The notes beneath the pieces were generated by a model that saw only the letters and a list, made by a program, of their open reading frames with translations, was not told the origin of the DNA and did not search any database. From positions 18,352,001 to 18,416,000 of the forward strand of contig OZ281496.1 in assembly GCA_965637545.1 (NCBI GenBank): a DNA stretch of 64,000 nucleotides, read 5' to 3'. Origin of the DNA: Phallusia mammillata. Taxonomy: Eukaryota. Below, in pieces: positions 46,701-60,255 of this stretch (position 1 is the first letter of the stretch; the number at the start of each line of letters is the position of its first letter). A program made the translations under genes and the position numbers.

Positions 46701-48121
46701 AAAGTCTAATTACAAGGTTTTCTTTCTTCCTGTGTGTTTAGAAAAGTAAAAGGTTTTAATTACAAACTTACGTAGACGAAATCATAAGATTCTTCCATAT
46801 GAAGACTTTCGAAGTTGAACACGAATGAAACCGGCCCATCGGCTGCAAACTCCCAGATACAAACAGAATGGATGTCGTAGTCTGAAGGATAGTTTGGTGA
46901 CGAGATGGTAATAGGTAGACTGGTGATAGTTGTTACTCCACATTCACTGGAATCAACTGAATCGTAGAACAGCGATTGTAGAAATTTCGACACATTTGGA
47001 AATAAACAGGCGAATTACGAGTGCATAATATCATAATCTATCGCATACCCGTTAATAATGTTTACTTATTAGCTGTGTGGAAGAAAAGTGTTTTTAACCG
47101 CCGTGTCAAATAAAATTGTTACTCTTTACAAAAAATCGTATTATACTTTAGTTAGAGCACAACTTTGCGAACAAGGGCAAACACCTGGTAATGATGTTTT
47201 CTATGTTGTATTCTGGTAAACTGTGTCTGTTGATAATCCCCCCCTCTTTAGTAGAAAAGTTGATGTGTAGCGGCGCGATATAATTTATTCGGGTTTGTAT
47301 ATTTTTATGATAAAGTTTTGACTGCGCAATATTTTTGGTTAGTTGGAATGTGAAACAGTTGGTCAGTTGATTAGTAATGTTGTTTTGGTGAAGCCAAAGC
47401 ACCATAAAGTAAAATGCTGAAATATGCATCTGAACGATATTAACTCTTGTTAATGACAACGCCAGGGAAGTACTGGGCAATTTTCTGAAGCTAACGCCTG
47501 ACCGAATAGTGTGAACCTTAACCTATAGAACACTCTAATCATTGCAACAAACCCTTTTGTGTAGTTTGTAGTGCTCGACCCATATAGAGAGACACTATTA
47601 GAAAATCTCGACTTGAAAGAAATCGATCTCCAATTTAACCTTATTAGGAAGTATTTTGATGCTTTTGTTTGCAATACTGTTTCATCACACAAAATTAGAT
47701 CACAATAAACTTCGATATAAAATAAAACGAAAATTTTTTTAACCAAGTTGTTTGGAAATAGAACGAAACCATTGCAAACATACTTTCAAGTAGGATGTTA
47801 AACAACCGAACAATTTTGCATCACAATTTACCGCCTTTTACTGATAGGGTAATATTCTTCGTAGTTTCGCTGGTCTTACAGTCGAAGAAAATGCTTCTAG
47901 AATTGTAGGCAACCACAAGACCAGATGCGTTACCAGTTAGTTCTCCAATATACAAGCCGTTTGTGTCGTTTCCTGCATATGCCTGGTGGTAATAAATGCA
48001 ATAAAATTTAATGAAACGGAACACATGACATTTGCCCATAACTTAATGCTAAAATCATAAACGTGTGAAGACGTTTCATTAAAAGATGCTGGGTTAAATA
48101 TAAATAATTTCCCGTTTTTGT
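43716..48121 (-). CDS. Multi-exon CUB-ZP-EGF-transmembrane protein (CUZD1-like); 5' end not resolved
   Basis: CUB exons 46956-46772 (CG..ISSPNYPSDY..CIWEF..SYDFV) and about 46690-46510 (FMTSDVSRGRQGFRV), plus weaker CUB pieces to 48121. ZP-N exon about 46170-45915. ZP-C exons about 44800-44270 (PVYIGV, CDVKPS..YPLVDNG, WMSCNMNIC). IVKRSV site and IVLGPFNIV patch at about 44200-44070. EGF CDKNEIGCSYKC..CICPVGYFLGSDGKTC. TM exon ending in TGA at 43718-43716. Intactness of the 5' exons is not established. Confidence 0.8.
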
Positions 48122-48435
48122 CTTCCATTAAAAAGTTTAAATTGTTTAAATATCGAACTATATTTACTATCAACAATTAAGCTACCCGAATTTTTTTTCT
48201 TAGTGCAGTATTATGAGCGTTAATATGTTGCAAAGACGATCAGCTTAAACTACTCCTTTTAGCTTGAACATAATTTGTAGCTGACCCTAACTATTTAAGA
48301 GTGGCGAATTTTATGTATAAAACTTGGAATGTCTTTGGGGATCACCCATCAAATTCCATCGACTGGCTCTGAAACAATGAGGGTTCACTATTTTATGTTT
48401 GGTGAAGGGTACGCAAGGAATATTTAATAAATTTG

Positions 48436-48797
48436 TGTTACAGCAAAAATTTGCCTTTATGTGCTTTCTTTCGCTGCTTCTAGTTCATGTCAGTGATCAG
48501 ATTTCATTAACTGTGACGTAACGAAGCGTCTGACATGATTGGTGCAGAAATCTCTATCGTAACAATACGTATGATGGCATTAGTGGTGTAATTTTGTGTT
48601 GACCACGTTTTGTAGTTTCTTTCTGTGCTGCAAGCAGCCTTTTTACTAGTCGCAGTTGTAATAGATCTAATTTAGTTTCGGAAGTATTTACGCGCTGACA
48701 TTATAGTGTATTATGTGCAGCTAATTAAGCTAAAGTTATTAAATTGCTGAAACCTCTTAGTCCGTCAAAGTGCCTGTTATTCGGTCCTGGACTCCTA
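48436..48797 (+). repeat. BEL/Pao 5' LTR, last 3 nt replaced by a later insertion
   Basis: Aligns end to end with 63425-63782, with many substitutions and small indels. Confidence 0.88.
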
Positions 48798-51700
48798 GGG
48801 CCGAATGCAGAAACCTGGATTATCTTTATTCACGGCTTAGCGCCAATCGAGGCTCAGCCGATCCCCGGATCATAGGCCCGGCTCAGCGGTATGCAGAAAT
48901 TCGGATCAGGCTCGGCTCAGCCAAGCCGAGGATTTCGTCTGTCACTCATCACTGACGCCAAATTTTCTGTTGTGACTCAGCGTTTGTTTTTGGCGCGAAT
49001 GGGTTTGGACGGCAAATTGCAGGAAGCCGCTAACATTTTGCAGTGGACAGAAATTAGGCGGACGGCGGCGAAAAAGGTTTAGACAGTACGGAAACCGTTT
49101 TTTGTGGTCTTTGTATAAGATTGTTTCTCAATTTTGACAAAGAGTAGTTGTGTTCTCTTGAGAACACTTTGCTGGTATTAAGTTCAGTGTAAATAGCTTT
49201 ATTACTAGGCACTATAACTCATTTATGATTTCAGGCACTATAACTCATTTATGATTATAGAACTATGTCTTCAATAGAAGTCTACAGCAAAAAGGCACGC
49301 CACAGCTTTGTTGATGCTGATAAAGAATGGTTGGCAGCTTTGCTCACTGATGCGATAATTGCATGTAAATACTGCCCAAATGGTCACGTGCTATTTTGCC
49401 ACCATTTTGTATTCGTTATCATTGTGAAATATACAGCCCATGCGGTCCGGACGTTACATGGTGTCAGAAGATTTGAATCGTATATTTTGAGATGGATCAG
49501 TTCAGGCCACCCACGTCAATGCGCTTTACATCAGGAAATACACCTGATATCTGGTGAAAATGGGATGTGCTTTCGAACATATTATACCGCCGCGGAATTA
49601 AGTTCCAAACCGGGCAAGACGCAGGTCGCAATCTTCTACATTGCGCAGAGCAGGAGGCTCAAGATATATTTTCTAATTTTGTTTTCACCAATAAAGATAA
49701 TGACGAAGATAATAACTATGAGAATGTCTTGCGGAAGTTCCGACAGTACTGTGAACCTCGAAGAAACTGTGTATTTGAGACATACAAGTTTGGGCAAAGA
49801 GACCAACATGACGGTGAGTCTTTTGATCAATGGATCACTGATCTCAGAATATTGTTAAATGGTTGTGAATATGGTGAACACAAAGGCCGACACCTTAAAG
49901 ACAAGATTGTGTATGGCATCCATGATGGTTGTGTTAGAGAAAGATTGCTGCGAGAAGCTGATCGGACACTGGTCAAAGCTTTACACATTTGTCAAGCTGC
50001 AGAAGCCAGCAGGGCACAAATAAAGTTGATGAAGAACAAGTCAAAACCGGAAGTCAACACCATTCACACCAAAAAGACTCACAATAGGTTCACCAGAAAG
50101 CCACAGAAACCAGTACAATACAATGCTCCAGTGTGCAGGTATTGTGGAAAGTGTGACCTAGCAGGAAAATGTCCAGCATATGGCAAAACCTGTCATAATT
50201 GTGGTGTTCGTAATCATTTTGCAACTGTATGCAAGAAAGTGTCCACAAGTGCAGTGCATGGCATTGCTGCGAGCTCTGCTAAAGAGCAAGTGAACATTTT
50301 GAGGGCAAGCAAACAAAGATGAAAGTAACTTTGTCTGTTGTAAACCAGAAGTGGCAACATTCTACAGTGCAGTTCAAATTGGACACAGGTTTTCAAGCCA
50401 ATGTGTTGCCATTGCATGTTTTCAAGAAAGTAGGTCAAGCACCACTTGGAAAATGCACTACTGTTCTTCGTCCGTTCGCTAGCAGAGCCATAAAACCGCT
50501 TGGCACTACCAAGCTTGTAGTCCGTAGCAAAAGCCGTTCATCGAGTCTTTTGTTCTATGTGACAGATGCTGCTGAAATGCCAATTTTAGGAGAGAGTGGT
50601 GTGATGAACTGAATTTGGTAAAAATATTTTTTTTTACATCAGAGCCGTTGACACTGGCAACAGTTTAATTATCATGATATATTTAATGGAACAGGTGTAT
50701 ACAAGAAAGAGTACCATATTCAAGCCAGATGCTGTTGGAGTTATACAACATCCTAGCAAAATTCCATTTGCAATTAGAGACAAATTGAAAGACTGTCTAA
50801 ACAAGCTGTCGAAGCAGAGGGTTGTTGCTGATGGGGATGGACATCCTACCTAACCACTTTTCACACGCCATGGGGAAGGAAAAGGTTTCTACGAATGTCA
50901 CTTGGTATCTCATCTGCCAGTGAAGTAATGCAGAAGCGTAATGAAGAAGCTTTCGGAGGAATGCAGGGAGTGTTTGTCATTGAAAGGTTTTGGAGCGTGC
51001 ACGACACAAAGGAGTAAAATGTAATGCAGAAAAGATTCAACTTAAGGTAAAGAATGTTGAATACATGGGACATATTGTTTCAGAGAATGGTTTGAAGCCA
51101 GACAACCGGAAAATTGATGTAATTGTCAACAAGCCAAAGCCTAGTGATGTTCCACCACTGCAGCGTTTACCTGGGATGACGAAGTATTTATCACAATACA
51201 TACCAAATGAATCAAGTATATCACACCATTAAGAGAATGGCTGAAGAACAGGTGATCCACACTCTCATTGCAAGCCTACCTGTAGCCTCTTCAAAGTATG
51301 AGGAAATCCAGCGTGCTACAGAAGCAGATAAATCTTTGCAAAAAGTGCAATACTATTGTCAAAATGGATGGCCACGTTCAATGCAGAATGTTGAGATTAG
51401 TGCTCGCAGTTACTGGAATATTCGAGATGTTCTACACACAGCTGATGGAATTGTATTTGCAGATGACAGAGTAGTCATTCCTGAAATACTTCGACCGTAC
51501 ATGCTGAAACTCATTCATGATAGTCACCTTGGCATGACCAAATGCTAAACACGAGCAAGAGAAATTCTGTATTGACCACGAATGTCCCAAGACATAGAGG
51601 ACATGGTTTCAAAATGTACCACATGTTGTCAGTACAGAGAAATCAACAGAAGTGGTGCTATCGCAAAAAGCTATTTAGTTATTGTTGACTACCATTCTAA

Positions 51701-53375
51701 GCACCCGGAAATGGTTCCACTTGTTGACAAAACTGCAAAGACTGTTGTTGAAGAAACAAAATGCATTTGTGCAAAACATGATATACCCAGAGAAATTGTA
51801 AGTGACAACATGCCTTTTCGTAGCAAGGAGTTTCTACAATTCACAAAGGATTAGGAAATCACAGCTACAACATCAAGTCCTACTTATCCGCAATCAGATG
51901 GTCAAGCAGAGAGAACTGTGCAAACTCTAAAGAATCTGGTAAATAAAGGCCAGCAGTGAAGGAAATAATCCTTACTTAGCACTTCTAAAGTATCGCAATA
52001 CTCCACTTACCGGTCTAAAATACTCACCTGCACAGATCTTGATGAGCAGAAGACTAAGAAGCAAGATTCCAGTTGCCAAACATTTGCTTCAACCTTATGT
52101 TGTTGATGTTTCCAGAGATTTGGCTCGTCGTCAAGAGCTTCAGAAGAGATACTATGACAGAGGTACCAAACCCTTACCTCATTTGAAAAAGGGGGATGTG
52201 GTCCGATACCGGAAAGGAAAACAATTGAATAAATTGAACTATCGTTGGAAGCCAAAGCTATTATTCATACTCTTATTTTGTTCGCAATGTGCACGGTAAT
52301 TTGCGTCGCAATCGTAGGCAACTCAACAAAACCCGTGAAAAGCCCCACTATGTATTATGATCATTACACAGATTACATACCAAGCACGACATACACAAAC
52401 AAAACCAATACCAATGATCGTTGTGTTTCGTCACAGAGTAATTCAACTGTAGATGCCAATTGTGGAACTAGCAACACAACGCGTACTACACGCTCTGGCC
52501 GTAGAGTCGTGATGCCTGCAAAGTTTCGTGATTTTGTTTGTGTCTCCTTGATTTTCTTGCTGGTTGATTTGGTGTGAATAAGGGTCGCAATGTTTTCTTT
52601 AGAAGAAAGGAAGAATAGTTGGATGTAAATACTGCCCCAAGTGGTCACGTGCTATGTTTGCCACCATTTTGTATTCGTTATTATTGTGAAATATACAACC
52701 CATGCGGTCCGGGAGTTACAACTGATCCGAAGTAACACTTCAGTGACGTGATTGAATATAAAGCTACAGACAAGGCTTCTGCACGGCTCAAGAAATTGGC
52801 TTGGGAGCAGGTGACGGAAGCTTGTAATAGCTGTGTCCAAAACCCTTGGGACACTAGCCATTTGAAGCGACTGTTGAAAAACCAGAAAGTCAGAGCCAAG
52901 AAATTACATGCCGACAACAGGCGAGAGATGTTCAAGACAGGTGGTGGGCAACCAATACTTGTTGATGACCCTCTTGGCGAGTTGGTCACAGGTACAGTGA
53001 GATCAGTTGTAAACTTATCTTCGTAGAAGCCAAGTTTAACAAGAGTGTTTTTTATGTGCAGCAGCCCTTCCATCGCAGTTGTTTCCTTACAACTATGACT
53101 GTGACGCAGTGGCCACCCCCAAGGATGAGAGCAGAAAGGTTGTTGTTGAGTTAACAACTGCAGCGCCAGGCACATCAACAACTGTGTCTCAGCCACAGAG
53201 CAGCAATTTCCGCTCGATGCGCAAGGAAGAAATGGTGACAAGGCAGATATTGTTAGAAAGAGAGCTAGCTCTTAAAGAAGAGAAACTGAATGAAGTGAGA
53301 GAAAGGCGAGTCTTAGTTGCACAAAAGTGTCACAAATGCAAGAGGCTATTTGCGCTGAGCAATTGGCCGAAATAA
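48798..53375 (+). mobile_element. PIF/Harbinger-like remnant: left terminus plus Myb/SANT accessory gene
   Basis: Terminus GGGCCGAATGCAGAA with GGCTCAG subterminal motifs. The Myb/SANT frame KARHSFVDADKEWLAALL (from 49265) resumes after the Gypsy insertion as VIEYKATD..KKLAWEQV..LKRLLKNQKVRAKK..FKTGGG, with a coiled-coil exon to 53375. Right terminus and DDE gene not found. Confidence 0.7.
49351..52720 (+). mobile_element. Degenerate Ty3/Gypsy element with ~108-bp LTRs
   Basis: LTRs 49351-49458 and about 52614-52720; PBS TGGTGTCAGAAG (tRNA-Leu type) at 49459; TSD ACTGA at 49346-49350 and 52721-52725; gag knuckle CHNCGVRNHFATVC; protease FKLDTG; fragmented RT, RNase H and integrase with stops and deletions. 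Confidence 0.88.
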
Positions 53376-54399
53376 GAGAGAGAAGGGCGCTGAATCGGGA
53401 AAGGAATGCGCTGTAATGTGGTTGCAAGAGCTGTCGGCCGATGCCCAACTGTAATCAGAGAAGGCTTCTTATGGTACAAACTGGTGATCCCAAGGACGGG
53501 CCTCCGTTTCAAAAAAAAAACTTGGTAAAGGATCCAGTGTGAAGAGAAAAGCAGGACGGATTGAGCACTTAATTAATTGCCCTTCGTATTGCTCAAGGCA
53601 AAAGGCTAATATGAAGAGCACCTATTTTATTAATAAATTTTTAAAATTAAATTGTAGGCATTGAACTATCACAGAATATATTTTGACTGTTTCCACTAGT
53701 TTGCTTTCACATATGTTTATATATTTTATCATATGCATTGTTTATTTGCAATCAATGAAGTCTTCGCTGACTTTTGCTTGCCTGAACCACAAAGAGTTAA
53801 CATTGTTTTGGGTTATATTTTGAACTCAATCAGCGCCAATCAATCAGCATTACATCAGAAGTGGCAAATAATAAACACATGGATGTGTGGTGCTATCGCA
53901 AAAACGTTACCATGCAAGCCTTTAAAGTCAAATGGATTTTTATGTAAATCAGATTTTGTAAGACGTTTTGACCAGAAAACTCTGCCTAGTATGTCGTCCA
54001 ATGTAAAAATGATTATTTGTAAATAAAGAAAATGTGGCTGCTGCAATAATTTTATCTACTTTTATTAAACATGCTGCAGTAAAGCTAACACCTTGAAATT
54101 ACCAAAATTTACAGTAAATGGTCATATATTATAACTATAAAAGTACACTGGCAAAATGTGAATAGACCTTTGGTTCCAAGAAAAGTATATATGAAACAAA
54201 AGCTGTCCAACCTATTCTTACATCAGCCGTCTATACCATTTTGTGTCCGAAAACTAGAGGGTATAGGAAACAATACATAAATTGTCTGATTTTTCCAAAC
54301 TGGAGCTTTGCCATGAATTTGATTGATCAAATTAAAAAACAAACATTTTGGCAAATCAAATTCGCGATAAAGCTCTCCAGTTTTTGAAAATCGGGCGAT

Positions 54400-57300
54400 C
54401 TGAAGTTTTGATTGAAGACGTTTCTAGATATTACAACATGGTTGTAACAAAGACATCGCTAAAAGTCTTTTTACCGAGAAGCAGAAGAATTGATGATCGG
54501 TGCACAGAATGGTAAAATGCTGAAGTAGAAACAGAAGCAATTCTTTTTAGTATTTGAAGAATACGCCGAAAAGCATTTTGAGTACGGCAATGCTATCAAA
54601 CAGATCAATACCAAGACTGAGGCCAAGAAAGAGCTTTGCAGTTTGCAAAAGGGCAAAGAAGAATTCGAAAATCGTATCGACGAGTGGCTGTCTGGCGTCG
54701 AAGAGAATCACGATGATAATGTCAGCGTGAACTCAAAGCGAAGTCATAGTTCACATGCGTCAAGGTCAGCTACTGTGCGATCATCGATTGCCAGTTCCCC
54801 TTCGAGTACTAAACGCACCGAAGCTGGTAAGGAAAGAACCGGCTGTTCTCAAGAAAAAAAAAACAGCTTCATGAAAAACAGCGAACGAAGTTGCAACCTG
54901 AAAATTTTGAACGTCGCAGGCGTGAGCAGCTGGACGAATTTGAACTTTTGGAATCGGAACACGAAGTACAAGCTGCAGCAGTCGAAGCTGATATCTTGGA
55001 GCGTCGGCCGAAGCTGATATCTAGGAGCGTCGGTCGTTCAATGGAACACGCGACGTGCAGATTTTGGATGACGTTTCTACGACATCAGTACCTTGTCGCC
55101 AACTGTGCAAGAACCGTTATCGGTCAAAAGTGCATTAGATTTGTCTAATGGCGACGCTCCGAAGATTGTGATTTAATGCACGTCTAATGGCGACGCACTA
55201 AAGGTCAGTGATTTAATGCACGTCGCTTTACTATTGAAAGATGGCCTCGATTTGCCCAAGCCCGAGTTACTGTACTTCGATGACAACCCTTTATAATAAA
55301 AAACCTAATATTCGACAGTTTTGCCGAATAAATTCGGCCGAATCAACCGAATCTTTTATGACGTAGCGCGAAGGCGTAAACTACGCATTTGACATGAAAA
55401 CACAAATTTTTCTACCAGGCAAACAGTGGTGCTACACAACAGGATAGTTGCGTTTCATTAACATTTTGATCCAGTAGGGTTTAAGGTTGCCTCCGGCCTG
55501 ATTGCCAGCCTGCCAATGAATTACTGACTTTTTGTCTGGGTCCCGGACTCTGGGATGGTTAAAACGAAACTTATGGCGTAGTTTGAAAGATGGTACGGTA
55601 CCTCATTAAGCAGAAAAGACACGTTTTGCACTTTAAATTTGTGTTTATGAAAGATTCGGTTTCGGTCGAATCGCAACAAATTACTCGGCCGAAACCGAAT
55701 CTTTGTAAAAATAGCCGATTCGGCCGATTAAATTCGGCAAACCAAATATTCGGCACATCACTAATTGCTAGCCGTGTGCAAAGTGACAAGTCCAAACTTA
55801 ACTATCTTATTCAGTATTGTGCTGGTGAAGGGGAAAAAATGGTATTGTTTTGTTCTTGTATGGACGATGACGGATACCGCAAAACTCGGAAAGTGTTATA
55901 TGACCATTATGGTCGCCCATTAATTATTGGTAGATCCAATGTTCAAAGACTAACCCAGGGTCCGTATTCGACAGCCGATGGCAGCGAAGGGCTGCGGGAG
56001 CTTGCAGATCACTTGGACGAGTGTTATGTCAGTTTGTTTCATTTGGGTTATTTTGCTTATATAAATAACTTTGAACATCTCCTAAGTATCGCTCGACGTT
56101 TCCACTAAACATGCAACACAGGTGGAAACGACATGCTGGCGAGATCGAGCTGCGTGGAAGCGAACCGCAGTTTTCGCATTTGGTGGAGTTCGTACAGAAT
56201 GAAGCGCTGATTGCGAACACACTGCTTGGAAAAACGATGACGTCTAAGGTGGAGAGCGCACCACCGAAACCGGTCAAGCCTGCACCAAGGATGATCAGAG
56301 CCTCGTCACATGCTGCTTCCGTGTAAAAGTTACGACGGAAGGCAAGCATTGACGAGCCAAGCGAAAGGTCACGATTATCCATGCTGTAATTTGCCTCACG
56401 CTTTAACGCAATGTAAAATGTTCAAAGAAAAGCAGTTCGGAGAACGGCTGCGTATAGTGCGGAGAGTCAGGCTCTGTGATAACTGTTGCTAAAGGTCACA
56501 TCGCTAGGAACTGTACATTGCAGAGTTCTTGCTCAGTCGTGTCGCTGCAGACATCACATACTATTACCTCACGATTTACATGAAACCGAGTCCGACAACT
56601 TTTTACAGCGAAGAGAGCAAAGACCAGGTGCAGCAAAAAATTGAAGTGCCTCAAAGACCGTGGTAACCACAACTTCGTGTGCAGCTAAGTCGTCTGTACC
56701 TCTGGTTGGCCAAAACGTTTATATGAATATTGTCCCAGTAAGGATCAGTGGTAAAAACGGAAAAGAATTTACGCTTTCAACGATTATTAGGAAAACACAG
56801 AACAACAATGGTTCTGTCGTTAGTCTATCTGCAAGACCGCTAGATGGCGCAGGATTTGTTGACTTGCCACATGTGATTACGGTAGATAATTTACCTGTTG
56901 TTCCGAATAGATGCGTGAAAAAATGTTCACATCTCCGTGACATTGAATTTACGACGCCACTAAACAATGAAGTTTTACTGCTTATCGGACTGGAAGTGCC
57001 TGAAGCATTTTGGATCGAAGATGAGAGAATAGGGCGACGCGGAGAGCTGAGCGCGGTTAAGACAGTTCTCAGTTGGTCTCTGTCCACTACTGCTTTGTCT
57101 CGTTCTAGTAGATGCAGTGTACATTACGTCCAAGTGAATCACGTTAACTGGTTTAATGATTTGTTGCATCAACAAGTAAAGAAGATATGGGAGACTGAGT
57201 TCACAGATTCAAGTCTAGGTTCCAGTGTTGGAATATCAAAGGAAGACAAATACGTGATGAAGCTAATAAACGACTCTCTGAAATTAGAAGATAACCATTA

Positions 57301-58914
57301 CTGTTTGCGATTGCCGTAGCGTGCAGGATCGCCTAATCTGCCAAACAACCGCGATTTGACGGCTACCTGAAGAGTGGGTACGCCCAGAGTTTTAAAACAG
57401 GTGATCAAAAGGAAGAAATTGGGTAAATTTGGTATTTGCCTCATCACCCGGCTCTGCACCCGCAGAAGCCATGCAAGGTCAGAGTAGTGTTTGACAGTGC
57501 AGCAAAATTTCGGGACACAACCTTGAACCAGCAGCTGTTGCTAGGTCCCGACCTAATGAATAGCCTGGTAGGCGTTCCATTACGATTGCGGCAAGATGCT
57601 ATTGCCATGGTTGCCGATGTGGAGGCAATGTTCCACCAAGTGAGAGTGGTTTCCAGGGATATTGACTTTCTGAGATTCGTCTTGTGGTCGGGCGGAGACA
57701 TGTCGAGGGAGCCTGTACATTTCCAAATGCTGGTCCATTTGTTCGGAGCGACGTCGCCGAGTGTGCAAGTATTAGTTTGCGACGTACCGCAGACGACAAT
57801 TGTCAAGAATTTTCAAAAGAAACCATTCGCCACAGTGCGACGCAATTTTTATGTAGACAACGGTTTAGTCTGTCGCTACTTTACAATTGGTACATGAGAT
57901 CCGCGCGCTTTTGCAGCGTGGAGGTTTTTACTTGAGGAAGTGGTTGAGAAACGGCGAATAAGTCTTAGATGATGTACCTACCAGCGACTCAGCGAAGTCT
58001 TTGTTTTCTTTGAAAGATGACATCGACCAAGTAGAACGTGTTCTAGGGGTGAGCTGGAATTATCGTACCGCTACGTTTCAATGTGAGTAAAAGCAAAAGC
58101 CGATTACCAGACGAGGCATATTGTCTGTAGTAGAAGTTCTGTTTTTGATCCTTTGGGGTTTGTTGCTCTTGCAGGAGCGAATGTTGCTGCAAGAGTTGTG
58201 CAGACAGGGTCTTGGATGGGACGAGGAAGTTACAGAAGATATTGCCACAGCGTGGCGCCGTTGCCAGAACATTCCTCTGCTGAAATACCCAGATGTCTGA
58301 AGGCAAGCCAATTGGGAAAGATCAAGGTATGCGAGTTGCACTATTCTGCCAATGCATCGTCGCATGAATACGGTACGGTGTCATATCTGAAGGTTGAAGA
58401 TCTAAATAGACGGTTGTGTTGTACTCTTTTGTTGACAAAAGCTAGGCTAGCGGCTAGCCTACTAGCCCCACTGAAAGTCGTTTCACTTGCAAAAAAAAAG
58501 AAGATTGAAAAATCAACTTTCTGGACAAATTCTATGTCTGTACTGCGATGCATCAACAACACGGCCAAGCGCTTTCCTGTCTTTGTGTCAAATCAACTGA
58601 CGAAGATAGATAAATGGTCTGATGCTTCAAAGTGGAAACAAGTCCCAACGGCGCTCAATCCGGCTGACGACGCGTCGTCGGGTTTGCTGCGTTGGTAAAA
58701 TGCGAGAGACGATTTGCTGGGCCGTATTTGTGCAACTCGAAGGATCAATGGACGACGAGTCCTTTGATTCCAGACGTTCTACCGGAAGAGTTTGTGCTAA
58801 AAGAGCGAATAGAAATCGCAGATGGGTCAACGAATACCCGCCGGATTACAAGTTCGGCAAAAATGGACTATTCCAGAGCGTAATCTGGCGCATGCTGATC
58901 TAGTTCTTCTAGCG
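54400..58914 (+). pseudogene. BEL/Pao gag-pol remnants
   Basis: Gag YFDDNPL, KLNYLIQYC and Cys/His knuckles; [46 protein letters not shown]; Pao RNase H ANAS..YGTVSYL..KARLA..NPADDASSG; integrase tail WTIPERNL..DLVLL. The tail resumes at 63171-63290 (VVDTYPAEDGSVR..RPIAKLCL). Confidence 0.9.
55280..55763. mobile_element. One-ended hAT-like insertion in BEL gag
   Basis: Clustered CCGAAT/ATTCGG motifs at both ends and a right terminus ATTCGGCACATCACTA; left TIR and TSD not identifiable. Confidence 0.5.
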
Positions 58915-60255
58915 CAGGGCTTCCCAAACTGGGGGTCGCGACCCCTTCCGGGGTCAAACTTGAGGGGTCGCAGAGAGCTGCACCAATTTTGCACAAACTA
59001 CTCCATACACCGGTGTAGAGTCAGAGTGCCGCACACTCCCGGCCTTGACGTTTGTACAATGTCACAATAGCAGCTTTGTGCAAGTTACGTCGGTTTCAAA
59101 ACGTTTCCAGCTAAACACAAACGCGCTTGTAATGACGCCCTTGATCGAGTAGACGTCGGTTGAAACACAACAATTGCAATTGTTTTGTAATGCACAGGCA
59201 TTTTAGTGCAACATAAACATGACCTATAGACTAACGTTTAAGTCAGGGTTCTTCAACGAGGGCGATTTCGTGAATCGAGGTGGCGGTGGTGACCATTTTT
59301 GGAGCCGGGGGGCGATTTTCTTATAGAGGCGATTTCAACATTATTAATTGTATAAATATATACAAGAACTATGAGACTCATCTAACTTTAACTAACTAAT
59401 AGATTTTGTTCGTCTTGCAAACAAACACCAGGGGCACATCAGCATAAACATGCCGCGATTTGAATCAATTGTATTGGGTGACAAAAAACAAACAAACAAA
59501 CAAAAATTGTTGGGTGGCGATTCTCTTTTTTTGTGACCAAGGTTGGCATATAATTTGCCACAAGAGACACTTTATTGAGGCTTTATATGGTGACGGCTGA
59601 CGGACCACACTTTTTAAATACAACGGTAACGAGCTTCTCCCAAATTGGTTTTGCTTTCACACTTTGTACATTTAATAGCAAAATATTTAGTAATTTCACA
59701 CCTTGTACATTTATAATAAGTAACATTTAATTTGGTAAATGTAGTGAAATTTGATGTAGAATGTATAAGATCCTCCTCTACCAAGTAATCTCCCCCTTGT
59801 TTTCAACAAAAGAAGGCGATTGTTAATTGTAGGATTATCTTGTCTACCAATTTTTACCAGCTGCGTTGGAATTGCGTGCAATATACCCCATACATACACC
59901 TTCTTGTTGCCAGATATGCTCCATCCTGAAGTTTTCATACCCAACTGAGTTGGTAATGACATGCTGCTTTCACCCACGTGCTAACGTAAACATGCCTTGC
60001 ATTGTTTTTCAATCAACTGATCTCGCCCCAATTCAACAATCGACCAATGGGGCAGTTAATTAAAATATTAAATGACCACACGATGTCGCCACGCAACAGT
60101 TATTGTCAGCGGCGGATTTGTATTGCGGGGCTACTGTTGTCTGATAAAGTCGAACGTTTGAAAGAAAAGTTTAGGAAATTAATTAGATTGCTGACTATGT
60201 CAAGTAATAGAAAATTACTATACTGTACTATTTTTTTAACCCAAAGACAGCATAA

